A DNA stretch of 58,801 nt, taken from positions 1 to 58,801 of the forward strand of contig CAJQOG010000153.1 of NCBI GenBank assembly GCA_905479875.1, read 5' to 3'. A program made the position numbers and the translations under genes. Positions 9,887 through 19,128 of the stretch are shown here, piece after piece (position 1 is the stretch's first letter; the number at the start of each line of letters is the position of its first letter). The notes under the pieces are model-generated. The model saw only the letters and a list, made by a program, of their open reading frames with translations. It ran no database searches and was not told where the DNA came from. The DNA is from an uncultured Gammaproteobacteria bacterium (GTDB taxonomy: Bacteria > Pseudomonadota > Gammaproteobacteria > Steroidobacterales > JABDMI01).

Positions 9887-10608
9887 GACGCCAAGTTATC
9901 ACACATGCTGATACTTTTTGTTTACATATAAAAAAATACAAAGAAACTTCAGCGATTTTAGATTGTTTTACTAAGGAGCATGGTCGTTTAGACGTTGTCG
10001 GAAAGGGTTTATATAGACATAAATCACGCAATGCACTGCCCGAGTACTTTCAAGAGTATAAGTTATCTAGTATAAATAGAACTGATTTAGGTACCTTAAC
10101 TGAGTTGGAGTTGGTGCGTTTAGAAGAAAAAATTCTAGGTCAGGCTTGGTTAGTCGCATGTTATGCAAATGAACTTTTGATTAAGTTTATCCCTCGTTTC
10201 GAACCCTTACCTGAATTGTATATGGCTTATATCTCTTTGCTAGATGATTTACGTCATGATACGAATCACCAAATCTCATTATTATGGTTCGAAAAAAGAC
10301 TCTTAGATAGCCTTGGCTATGGAATCAATTTTCTATACGATTCTGATAGTGGTGAATTTATTGAAGTAGAAAAATTTTATGAATATAAAGTTAACCGCGG
10401 ATTTAAAATCAGCCACGCACAAGCAAAATTTGTTCTACCTGGCTATGTAGTTCTAGCTTTGGCACATGAAACATGGCACGAAAGTTATAATGACTATTTT
10501 GATTTAGCAAAACGCACGGTTCGTATTGCTTTAAAGAATCAGTTAGGTGAAAATACATTAAGTACAGTTGCAGTAGTAAATGACCTTAATCATTTTATTA
10601 AAAAATAA
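9883..10608 (+). CDS. recO: DNA repair protein RecO
   Basis: 241 aa, overlapping the era stop (ATGA) in the conserved era-recO-pdxJ order. The sequence is divergent but the length and position fit. Confidence 0.8.
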   Translation: MRRQVITHADTFCLHIKKYKETSAILDCFTKEHGRLDVVGKGLYRHKSRNALPEYFQEYKLSSINRTDLGTLTELELVRLEEKILGQAWLVACYANELLIKFIPRFEPLPELYMAYISLLDDLRHDTNHQISLLWFEKRLLDSLGYGINFLYDSDSGEFIEVEKFYEYKVNRGFKISHAQAKFVLPGYVVLALAHETWHESYNDYFDLAKRTVRIALKNQLGENTLSTVAVVNDLNHFIKK

Positions 10609-10626
10609 TGTAGTGAGAGTTTTTAA

Positions 10627-11349
10627 ATGACAAGACTAGGAGTAAATATAGATCATGTAGCAACCTTACGCGAGGTACGTAAAGTTGATTACCCTGATAT
10701 TGTTGCTGCGGCACACGCAGCCATAAGTGGTGGAGCAGATGGAATCACTGTTCATTTGCGTGAAGACAGGCGTCATATTCAAGATCAAGATGTCATCCGA
10801 TTAAAGCAAGTAATTACTGTGCCGATGAATTTAGAAATTTCCACTTCAGAATCTATGGTTGATCTTGCATTAGAATACATGCCGGAACACGTTTGCTTGG
10901 TTCCAGAGAAACGTGAAGAAATTACTACTGAAGGTGGCTTAGATATAATTACTCATCGTGTTAAAACAGCCCAAGCAATTACGAAGTTACAAGCTAAAAA
11001 TATTCAAGTTTCGCTTTTTATTGATCCGGATTTAAAGCAAATAACGACTGCTGCTGAGCTCGGAGCTGATGTTATAGAAATACATACAGGGCATTATGCA
11101 AATACACGCAATAAAGCCGCTATGCTAACACTAATTGAAAAATCTGTAGAGCATGCAACTATGTTGGGACTGGAAGTCCATGCAGGACATGGTTTAACCT
11201 TAGGGAACCTTCCTCCTTTAGCGGTAATGAAAAATATTAAAGAGTTTAATATTGGGCATGCAATTGTTGCTCGTGCCTTGGAGAATGGTTTAAGGTCAGC
11301 TGTTAGAGACTATAAAAACTGTATCCAAAAAGCTCTTAAGTCAGTTTAG
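10627..11349 (+). CDS. pdxJ: Pyridoxine 5'-phosphate synthase
   Basis: LGVNIDHVATLRE, GITVHLREDRRHI and EIHTG motifs. Confidence 0.96.
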   Translation: MTRLGVNIDHVATLREVRKVDYPDIVAAAHAAISGGADGITVHLREDRRHIQDQDVIRLKQVITVPMNLEISTSESMVDLALEYMPEHVCLVPEKREEITTEGGLDIITHRVKTAQAITKLQAKNIQVSLFIDPDLKQITTAAELGADVIEIHTGHYANTRNKAAMLTLIEKSVEHATMLGLEVHAGHGLTLGNLPPLAVMKNIKEFNIGHAIVARALENGLRSAVRDYKNCIQKALKSV

Positions 11350-11356
11350 TATTTTT

Positions 11357-11722
11357 ATGTTGAGGGGTATTGGTACAGATTTACTTGAAATTAGGCGTGT
11401 TGAGGCAGTATACCTTCGTCACAGAAAACGCTTTATAAAGAGAGTGTTGACTAAGTCAGAAATAAATGAAAGTCTGACTCGAAAAAATATATGCAATTAT
11501 TTAGCAAAACAATTCGCTGCTAAAGAAGCAATCTCTAAAGCATTAGGGGTTGGCATTGGGGCTTTGAGTTTTCATGACATTGAGGTTTTGCGAAACTCTC
11601 ATGGTCAACCAATTGTTACTCTATCAAGTAAAGCTAATATCAAATTTTCAAAACCTAAGATTCACATTAGTTTAAGTGATACAAAAACACATGTAATAGC
11701 ATTTTGTATTATTGAAAATTAG
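11357..11722 (+). CDS. acpS: Holo-[acyl-carrier-protein] synthase
   Basis: GIGTDLLEIRR and FAAKEAISKALG motifs; 121 aa; follows pdxJ. Confidence 0.92.
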   Translation: MLRGIGTDLLEIRRVEAVYLRHRKRFIKRVLTKSEINESLTRKNICNYLAKQFAAKEAISKALGVGIGALSFHDIEVLRNSHGQPIVTLSSKANIKFSKPKIHISLSDTKTHVIAFCIIEN

Positions 11723-11726
11723 AACT

Positions 11727-14426
11727 TTAAATTTTTTCTTCAACAACAAGTGCTTTTTTTTCTAGTTTAGGCCAAATTTCTAATAATTCATTTTTAGCTT
11801 GTTGTACTTGAGCGGTGATAGTGTTGATTGATAAGTTATCTGCTGACCATAAAACTGGATTAATTAGGGTTTCTATTTCGTTTATTTTCTTTTGCAGTTT
11901 CTTAAAGCTTGTCATACTAATAGTGCCGTTTAAATTATGTACTTCATGGAACAACGATTGCTGCATATCTGTAAGGTCGTGAATATTGAATATTTCTTTT
12001 AGCTTGTTTAGATGTTCACGAATAGAGTTTCTACTTAATTCGTCTATTCGTTCTTGAATAGTTTGTCCAGTTATAACTTCAGGTGTTATGGGCTCCACTG
12101 GCTCAGCATGAGGTTCACCTTGGATGTCATTTAAAGCGTATTTTTTAATGGTTTCAACAAGTAGCTGGTCATTCAAGGGTTTAATTAGACAATCAGACAT
12201 ACCAGCTTGTATAAAGTGCTGATATTCAACTGTAGAGGTACTGGCTGTAATTCCTATAATAGGCGTTTTAGTGTCTTTAAATTCATTTCTAATTACTTTT
12301 GTAAGCTCTATGCCACTTAGTTTTGGCATGTGTGCATCCATGAGTATGGCATGATATTTGCGAGCTTTATAGAGCTCAAGTGCTGCACTTCCATCAGGAC
12401 AGCTTATAACCTTTGCACCAAATGAATTTAAGCGTTCTTCGATGATTTTTCGATTTAGATCATTATCCTCTGCAAGTAATAGAACATAGCCTTTCAGTGT
12501 ATCTTCAGTGGTTGTTTTGCTTGTCGATAATGTTGAAAGTGCTTTATTATTTGAAAATGTCTGACCCAGTTCAATATTGCTTATATTGTTATTAAGAATT
12601 GTGAAAGGCTCGATAAGCTTTAAATCCGACTTTGATAAGTAATCTAATGGTGCATAAATAAATACGTTTTTTGCAATTGTGTAAAGATTTTTTGCCCAGA
12701 TGGTTAATGATTTTATGTGTTCATAATCAAGAAGTATAAGAATTTTAGCGTCATTATCGTGTTGTAATACATTTTTATTATTGAGTAAAGAGTGCCAGCT
12801 GTTAAGAGTAACTTTATGACTAACCGGTTTAAGCCATTCCGGTATGTAAATATCCATATCCGAAATACTGTTGTATACAACTACTTTATACTTTATTAGT
12901 GCCGGTGTTCTTATTTCGTTGGCTTTTTGTGTTCCAGTCTGACTTGTCAAGTCGACTGTAAAACTACTGCCTTTATCAATGTTGCTCTTAACTGAAAGCT
13001 TAGCTCCAATAATCTCGCAAAGTTCTTTACAAATCCCTAGGCCCAAACCAGTGCCATGAACATCAGTTGTATCACGGTCTAAACGCGTATATGGGTCGAA
13101 TATAGTTTCTATGTCTTGTTCGGAGATTCCTTTCCCTGTATCGGTAATTGAGATAGAGATAGAAATTGTTTTTGAATCTATTTCTCGGCATGCAATATGT
13201 ATATACAATATACCGTTATGTGTGTATTTAACAGCGTTAGAAATAAGGTTAGCTAAAATTTGCCTAAATTTTATAGCATCGATTTTAATTGTTTGAGGTA
13301 ATTTTTCGCTAATATCAATGAAAAAATGATTGCGATGTTCAATGACTAAAAAAGATAACCCCATTGTTATTTCTTGTATCATTTTTCTTATATCGACATC
13401 ATTATAATCCAAATCTATTTTTCCAGCTTCTAAACGCGATAAGCTTAAAAAATTTGAAACTAACTCAAGTAAATTAGCGTTTGCTATTTGGATGGCATTT
13501 ACATGACTTAATTGTTTTCGGTCTAATGGAGTGCTGAGTAATAACCTACTATAGCCATCGATTGTATATAAAGGAGTTCTAAAGTCGTGGCTTAAGTTTG
13601 CAAAAAATGATGATTTAAGAGTTGTCTGGTTATTCAGGTCCTTATTTTGAATTGCTAGATGTGCATTTCTTTCTTCTAAGTCGATGAAGTTTTTTTCTAA
13701 TGTGTTTACATATTGAGAATCGTAACGATCAGAAAGTTCAGCAGTTTTGTCAATAAAGCTAAGTATTGGCTGAGCTTCCGAATTTAAAACACTAGAAATG
13801 CTATTTGAATTAGAGTATTCAGTTGTTAAGTTACGTTCTGCCTTTTGATTGATCTCTGTTATAAAATTTATGACTTGTTCTTTTTCCAACTCCCGATTTT
13901 TATTGATTGAAAGGTAAACTAGTAGTGGAATAATTGTCAGAATTAAGCTGCTGATTAAGACCCAGAATAATTCAAAAATATTAAGGTAAAATAGAGAAGA
14001 AAGTGTAAGAGTGAAGTATGTGGATAAGTTAGAAGGTGACTTTATATTTTTTACAGGACAGTTAGTTACGTTTTCAAATAGGGAGCGTATGAATGAATAT
14101 GAATGTATTGAATTGTCTGTGATAATTTCTTGTGCAGAAGAAATTTGCCAATGAGCAATTCTCGGAGCATTGCTAAGGGTATTCAGCTCAGCAGCCTCAC
14201 TGATACCTTGAAAATAATTTTTTAAAGCAGGTACATTTTTATAGCTAACGTCAGAGTGAATTGTTTGTGCAATATCTACACATATTTGGATCAGTTCGAT
14301 TTTCTGTTGTCTATAGTCATTACCAAGCTGAACCAGGGCAACAGCAATATAGAAAAAGAATATACAGAAACTAATCCGTAGCTTACGTCCGTATTGCTTG
14401 TCCGATTTGTTATAATTTCTATTCAT
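11727..14426 (-). CDS. Unorthodox hybrid sensor histidine kinase (TM-periplasmic-TM, HisKA, HATPase, extra alpha/beta region, receiver, HPt). Possibly a BarA/GacS-type orthologue.
   Basis: H-box FFANLSHDFRTPL (His280), an N-box (LISNAVKYT), and G-boxes DTGKGI and GTGLGLGICKE. The receiver is LLLAEDNDLNRK...ILMDAHMPKLSG (Asp697) ...LIKP. The C-terminal HPt-like region is FHEVHNLNG (His830). Its position next to rlmD mirrors the barA-rlmD adjacency I remember in E. coli. Confidence 0.85.
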   Translation of the reverse strand: MNRNYNKSDKQYGRKLRISFCIFFFYIAVALVQLGNDYRQQKIELIQICVDIAQTIHSDVSYKNVPALKNYFQGISEAAELNTLSNAPRIAHWQISSAQEIITDNSIHSYSFIRSLFENVTNCPVKNIKSPSNLSTYFTLTLSSLFYLNIFELFWVLISSLILTIIPLLVYLSINKNRELEKEQVINFITEINQKAERNLTTEYSNSNSISSVLNSEAQPILSFIDKTAELSDRYDSQYVNTLEKNFIDLEERNAHLAIQNKDLNNQTTLKSSFFANLSHDFRTPLYTIDGYSRLLLSTPLDRKQLSHVNAIQIANANLLELVSNFLSLSRLEAGKIDLDYNDVDIRKMIQEITMGLSFLVIEHRNHFFIDISEKLPQTIKIDAIKFRQILANLISNAVKYTHNGILYIHIACREIDSKTISISISITDTGKGISEQDIETIFDPYTRLDRDTTDVHGTGLGLGICKELCEIIGAKLSVKSNIDKGSSFTVDLTSQTGTQKANEIRTPALIKYKVVVYNSISDMDIYIPEWLKPVSHKVTLNSWHSLLNNKNVLQHDNDAKILILLDYEHIKSLTIWAKNLYTIAKNVFIYAPLDYLSKSDLKLIEPFTILNNNISNIELGQTFSNNKALSTLSTSKTTTEDTLKGYVLLLAEDNDLNRKIIEERLNSFGAKVISCPDGSAALELYKARKYHAILMDAHMPKLSGIELTKVIRNEFKDTKTPIIGITASTSTVEYQHFIQAGMSDCLIKPLNDQLLVETIKKYALNDIQGEPHAEPVEPITPEVITGQTIQERIDELSRNSIREHLNKLKEIFNIHDLTDMQQSLFHEVHNLNGTISMTSFKKLQKKINEIETLINPVLWSADNLSINTITAQVQQAKNELLEIWPKLEKKALVVEEKI

Positions 14427-14476
14427 TTTATAAAGATTGATTCACGTTGTGATTTACTATTTTATTGGGAACCCTA

Positions 14477-15253
14477 ATGCAGACCGTACTCGCTTTTGAT
14501 ATTGAAACCATACCAGATATTGCCAGTGCAAAGAACTACCTTGAGCTAAATGATCTAGATGATAAATCTGTTGCTGAAATTATGTTTACTCGTGCACGGC
14601 AAAAATCTGGGTCAGAGTTTCTGCCTTTGCATATGCATCGAATTGCGGCTATCTCAGTTACTATGCAGCGAGCAGGGCAGATCACAGTTTGGTCATTAGG
14701 TGACGAAAACTCTTCAGAAGCTGAAATTGTGCAGCGATTTTTTGACGGTATTGATAAATATCAACCAACTTTAGTCAGCTGGAATGGTTCTGGTTTTGAT
14801 CTACCTGTTTTGCATTACCGAGCTTTATTGCATGGAATTCAAGCGCCAACCTATTGGGATGTAGGCGAACACTCGCGTGATGCTAAATTTAATAATTATT
14901 TAGGTCGTTTTCACTGGCGACATATTGATCTTATGGACGTTTTAGCGGCGTACCAAATGCGCGGTCGAGCACCTTTGGATGAAATTGCGGTTATGTTGGG
15001 TTTCCCTGGAAAGCTTGGGATGTCAGGAGATAAAGTATGGGGAGCCTATCTAGAAGGAAAAATAAGTGATATTCGAGATTATTGTGAAACGGATACGTTA
15101 AATACCTTTTTAGTCTATTCGCGTTTTGAGCTTATGCGTGGAAATTTAGACCAAACTGGCTACGAAACTCTAATACAGAAGGTTAAAGACTTTTTGAAAG
15201 CGCAACAAAAGCCTCATTTCGAGGATTTTTTAAAGTCTTGGGAGACAAGTTAA
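14477..15253 (+). CDS. Predicted DEDDy 3'-5' exonuclease related to the PolB exonuclease domain (COG3298-like)
   Basis: Exo motifs are FDIETIPD (ExoI), SWNGSGFDLPVL (ExoII) and YCETD (ExoIII, Y-x3-D). I chose the ATG at 14477 (MQTVLAFDIET); the ORF is open from a TTG at 14465. Confidence 0.75.
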   Translation: MQTVLAFDIETIPDIASAKNYLELNDLDDKSVAEIMFTRARQKSGSEFLPLHMHRIAAISVTMQRAGQITVWSLGDENSSEAEIVQRFFDGIDKYQPTLVSWNGSGFDLPVLHYRALLHGIQAPTYWDVGEHSRDAKFNNYLGRFHWRHIDLMDVLAAYQMRGRAPLDEIAVMLGFPGKLGMSGDKVWGAYLEGKISDIRDYCETDTLNTFLVYSRFELMRGNLDQTGYETLIQKVKDFLKAQQKPHFEDFLKSWETS

Positions 15254-16569
15254 TGGCTCGTTCTAATGCATGGAGAAAACCATTTATCACAACTATTGAA
15301 GACTTATCGCATGATGGTCGTGGTGTTGCGAAAGTCGATGGCAAGGTGATTTTCATTCCAGGTGCTTTGCCAGGTGAAGAAGTAGAAGCCCAACGAGTTA
15401 GTCGCTCTAAAAAACATGAGACAGCTAAGCTTCTTGAAATTATCAAAAAATCTGAAGATAGAATTGAGCCCAAATGTGCCAGCTATACCGTTTGTGGTGG
15501 CTGTTCAATGCAGCACTTAAGTTCTGAAAACCAGATTAAAAATAAACAACAACTCATGCTAGAAAATTTTCAACGCATAGGTAAAGTTGCGCCTGAAAAT
15601 ATACTCCTGCCCCTAACTGCGGAAACTTGGGGGTATCGTCGACGCGCACGTTTAGGAGTACGTTATGTGCATAAAAAAGGCCGTGTTTTGGTTGGGTTTA
15701 GAGAAAAATTTAGTAATTTTATTACTGATATGCCAGCCTGTGAAGTGATAGATACTCGTTTAAACAAGCTGTTGCCTGAGCTATCTGATCTTATTTCGTC
15801 TCTAGAAATAAAGCGAGAAGTACCGCAAATTGAAGCATCGGTGGGTGATCATGCTTTAGCACTAGTATTTAGAATTCTTGCTGATTTAAATACAGACGAC
15901 CAAGCGAAATTTGAGCAATTTGCTAATGAACATAATGATGTGCATGTTTATCTGCAACGTGGCGGTTTAGATACTGTTACACCTCTAAAAGAATACCCAT
16001 CTTTAACCTATGATTTGGGAGACGGTTTGGTTTTGGATTTTGAGCCGGTTGATTTTGTACAAGTAAATGCTGGTTTAAATCGCTTAATGATACAACGAGC
16101 AATAAAATACTTAGATTGCAAGCCGGCAGATAAAGTTTTAGATTTATTTTGTGGCTTAGGAAATTTCACTTTTCCAATTGCAAAACATGTTGCTAGGGTT
16201 GTTGGTGTAGAAGGTGATAAAACCTTAGTGCAAAGAGCTCATGCAAATGCATTAAAAAATAATACTGAGAATGTTGAGTATCATGTCAGTAATTTATTTG
16301 AAGAGTTTGATAAGCAAGCATGGGCAAAAGAAAAATACGATACGCTTTTGATTGATCCACCGCGAGCAGGTGCTGAAATGGTTGTAAAAAGTAAAGGGAT
16401 GTTTGGAGTTAGGCGTATTGTTTATATTTCATGTCATCCTGGAAGTTTAGCAAGAGATGCCGGAATTTTGGTAAATGAACAAGGCTTTAAAATGGTTCAC
16501 GCGGGTGTTATGGATATGTTTCCGCATACAAGCCATGTCGAGTCAATTGCCATTTTTGAACGAGCTTAA
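15253..16569 (+). CDS. rlmD: 23S rRNA (uracil1939-C5)-methyltransferase RlmD/RumA
   Basis: An N-terminal TRAM-like region is followed by the Fe-S Cys motif (CASYTVCGGCSMQH), the SAM motif DLFCGLGNF, DPPRAG and the catalytic SC(H)P. The start ATG overlaps the upstream stop (TAATG). Confidence 0.93.
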   Translation: MARSNAWRKPFITTIEDLSHDGRGVAKVDGKVIFIPGALPGEEVEAQRVSRSKKHETAKLLEIIKKSEDRIEPKCASYTVCGGCSMQHLSSENQIKNKQQLMLENFQRIGKVAPENILLPLTAETWGYRRRARLGVRYVHKKGRVLVGFREKFSNFITDMPACEVIDTRLNKLLPELSDLISSLEIKREVPQIEASVGDHALALVFRILADLNTDDQAKFEQFANEHNDVHVYLQRGGLDTVTPLKEYPSLTYDLGDGLVLDFEPVDFVQVNAGLNRLMIQRAIKYLDCKPADKVLDLFCGLGNFTFPIAKHVARVVGVEGDKTLVQRAHANALKNNTENVEYHVSNLFEEFDKQAWAKEKYDTLLIDPPRAGAEMVVKSKGMFGVRRIVYISCHPGSLARDAGILVNEQGFKMVHAGVMDMFPHTSHVESIAIFERA

Positions 16570-16577
16570 TTTCTTTT

Positions 16578-17519
16578 ATGGCGTTAGAAATTGAACGGAA
16601 ATTTTTAATCACTAGTGATTCTTGGCGTAATTTTGTCTCGACAACTCTTGATATACAACAAGCTTACTTTAATCGAGATGATGCTTATTCTGTACGGGTA
16701 CGAATTGAGAATGACTCTGCTAATTTAAATATTAAGTCCAAAACTCTTGGAGCAAGTCGTGATGAGTATGAGTATGCTATTCCAGTAGCTGATGCCCAAG
16801 AGATGCTAAATAAACTTCCGGAAAAAATACAAAAAAAACGTCATTTAGTTAAATTCTCTAATCACACTTGGGAAATAGATGAGTTTTATGGTACTAACTC
16901 AGGCCTAATTGTTGCCGAAATTGAACTTAACAGTGAAGATGAAAAATTTGAACTTCCAGATTGGTGCGGTGATGAAGTTACTTATGATGGGCGTTTTTAT
17001 AATATTGCTCTAGTTGCCCAGCCGTATAAATACTGGGTTACGCATATAGATATTAGGACTGATTCGCAAACTTTATTTGGCATAAACCCTTTGGGTGAGT
17101 GTGTGCTTGAGTATTTAATTAGTACTGCTAAAAATGGTTTAGGTGAAATTAAAAATAGTCAATGTACTCCTAGAGGTTTACATACAATACGCGCAAAAAT
17201 TGGAAATAATCAAGCTAAGGACACGGTGTTTGTTTCGAGACGACCTACTGGAGAAATTTGGTCGCCTCAGTTAGATTCAGAGTCTCCCGATAGAGATTGG
17301 ATTCTTAGTCGTATTATGTGGCTATCAGGTTGTGAAAAAAATAAAAACCGCCTTGGTGATGTTGATAGTATGCAAAGATATATTTATATTCACGGTACAC
17401 CGCCATCAGAGTCTTTAGGAGTCCCACAATCACATGGGTGTATTCGCATGCGGAATGAAGATGTGATCGAGTTATTTGAACATTGTTTTATAGGAACAAC
17501 GGTAATGATCCATGAGTAA
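16578..17519 (+). CDS. Fusion protein with an N-terminal CYTH (triphosphate tunnel metalloenzyme) domain and a C-terminal YkuD (L,D-transpeptidase catalytic fold) domain. No signal peptide.
   Basis: The N-terminus MALEIERKFLI carries the CYTH ExExK motif, with further acidic strands (WEIDEF, VAEIEL). The C-terminus has the YkuD hallmarks YIYIHGTP...SHGCIRM. The ORF is continuous over 313 aa. Confidence 0.8.
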   Translation: MALEIERKFLITSDSWRNFVSTTLDIQQAYFNRDDAYSVRVRIENDSANLNIKSKTLGASRDEYEYAIPVADAQEMLNKLPEKIQKKRHLVKFSNHTWEIDEFYGTNSGLIVAEIELNSEDEKFELPDWCGDEVTYDGRFYNIALVAQPYKYWVTHIDIRTDSQTLFGINPLGECVLEYLISTAKNGLGEIKNSQCTPRGLHTIRAKIGNNQAKDTVFVSRRPTGEIWSPQLDSESPDRDWILSRIMWLSGCEKNKNRLGDVDSMQRYIYIHGTPPSESLGVPQSHGCIRMRNEDVIELFEHCFIGTTVMIHE

Positions 17520-18573
17520 AAAAGAACAGGATAATAATCTTTCATTTTTAGGCCCATTGATGGTGGACGTTGATGGGTTGGTTTTGTCTGAAGAAGATAA
17601 GCAAGTATTGACTAATCCTCTTATTGGTGGAGTCATTTTATTTACTAGAAATTATGCCAATAAAGATCAACTCAAAACGCTTGTTGCTGAGATTAAGGCA
17701 TTACGAAAACCAGAACTGTTAATAGCTGTGGACCACGAGGGTGGTCGAGTTCAACGTTTTCGTGAAGATTTTACTCCTTTACCTGCACTTGCAAAAATTT
17801 GTACTACTGAAACGGTTGAAACTTCACACATCGAGCTTGCTAAACAACATGCATGGCTTATGGCTGCTGAAGTTTTAGAATGTGGCATTGATATTAGCTT
17901 TGCTCCAGTAATTGATTTGGATTGGAAAATGTCAGAAGTTATTGGTGACAGGGCATTACATCAACATCCAAGAGCAGTCGCAAGACTTGCTGGCGCTTAT
18001 GTACAAGGAATGCATGCTGCTGGCATGGCGGCAACGGGTAAACATTTTCCAGGACACGGATCGGTTGAAGCTGATTCGCATGTGGCCCTACCCATCGACA
18101 GGCGACCACTTGAAGCGATTCGAAATGATATTAGCCCCTATAGGCCTTTAATCGAAAATGGTCTTGATGCCGTTATGATGGCACATGTTATTTATAATAA
18201 ATTAACTCGTATACCTGCTGGGTTTTCAGAATATTGGATACAAAGCGAACTTCGTGGCCGATTAGGTTTTAAAGGCGTTGTGTTTACAGATGATTTAAGC
18301 ATGAGAGCCGCTGATGTTGTTGGTGATATGCAAGAACGCGTTAATTTAGCCTTATATGCAGGCTGTGATATGGCTCTTGTGTGCAATGACAGGCCGGCAG
18401 TTCTCAATTTAATTGAAAATTTGAGTGAGAAAGTATGGCGAAATCATAGTGATGAAATTATTCAAAATCGCTTAAAAACTTTGTATTCAAAACCTAGTTT
18501 CGATACTCAAAAATTACAGTCATTGACTGAATGGCAGATTGCAGTTAACACTGTGACAGCATTAAACGATTAG
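17512..18573 (+). CDS. nagZ: Beta-N-acetylhexosaminidase NagZ (peptidoglycan recycling)
   Basis: GGVILF, VDHEGGRVQRF, KHFPGHG and FTDDLSM motifs of GH3 NagZ. It overlaps the upstream gene by 8 nt. Confidence 0.95.
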   Translation: MSKKEQDNNLSFLGPLMVDVDGLVLSEEDKQVLTNPLIGGVILFTRNYANKDQLKTLVAEIKALRKPELLIAVDHEGGRVQRFREDFTPLPALAKICTTETVETSHIELAKQHAWLMAAEVLECGIDISFAPVIDLDWKMSEVIGDRALHQHPRAVARLAGAYVQGMHAAGMAATGKHFPGHGSVEADSHVALPIDRRPLEAIRNDISPYRPLIENGLDAVMMAHVIYNKLTRIPAGFSEYWIQSELRGRLGFKGVVFTDDLSMRAADVVGDMQERVNLALYAGCDMALVCNDRPAVLNLIENLSEKVWRNHSDEIIQNRLKTLYSKPSFDTQKLQSLTEWQIAVNTVTALND

Positions 18574-18583
18574 AGTAAAGAAT

Positions 18584-19123
18584 ATGCAGTCTTGGAATGA
18601 TATAGTAGATAGTTCAGAATGTGTCGCCTCACGTTCTCAGGTGACGGATGCGATAAATGACTTAGCTGATAAAGTTACAGCTGATTATCAAACAAAAAAT
18701 CCAATTCTTTTGTGCTTAATGAATGGCGGCTTATTTCTAACTTCGGAGTTAAGTAAACGTTTATCGTTTCCCTTGCGTTTAGATTATTTGCATGCCACAC
18801 GTTATCGTGGAGAGACCACGGGCAAGGATTTGCAGTGGTTAAAAATGCCAAGTTTTAATTTAGCCAATGAGCATGTATTAATAATTGATGATATTTATGA
18901 TGAAGGAATTACTTTAAAAGAAGTTGAAGAAAAACTTTCACAACAAAAGGCCGCTTCAATCAAAACTTTGGTTTTAGTTGATAAACAACATACACGTAAG
19001 CCAAGAAATTATTCAGTTGACTATGTAGGCATGACCTTAGAAGACAAATACCTTTTTGGTTGTGGAATGGACTATCAGGGACACTGGCGACACCTCCCGC
19101 AAATTTATGCAATCACTGAGTGA
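18584..19123 (+). CDS. hpt: Hypoxanthine-guanine phosphoribosyltransferase family protein
   Basis: Type I PRT PRPP-binding loop VLIIDDIYDEGITL; 179 aa. Confidence 0.85.
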   Translation: MQSWNDIVDSSECVASRSQVTDAINDLADKVTADYQTKNPILLCLMNGGLFLTSELSKRLSFPLRLDYLHATRYRGETTGKDLQWLKMPSFNLANEHVLIIDDIYDEGITLKEVEEKLSQQKAASIKTLVLVDKQHTRKPRNYSVDYVGMTLEDKYLFGCGMDYQGHWRHLPQIYAITE

Positions 19124-19128
19124 TTTTT

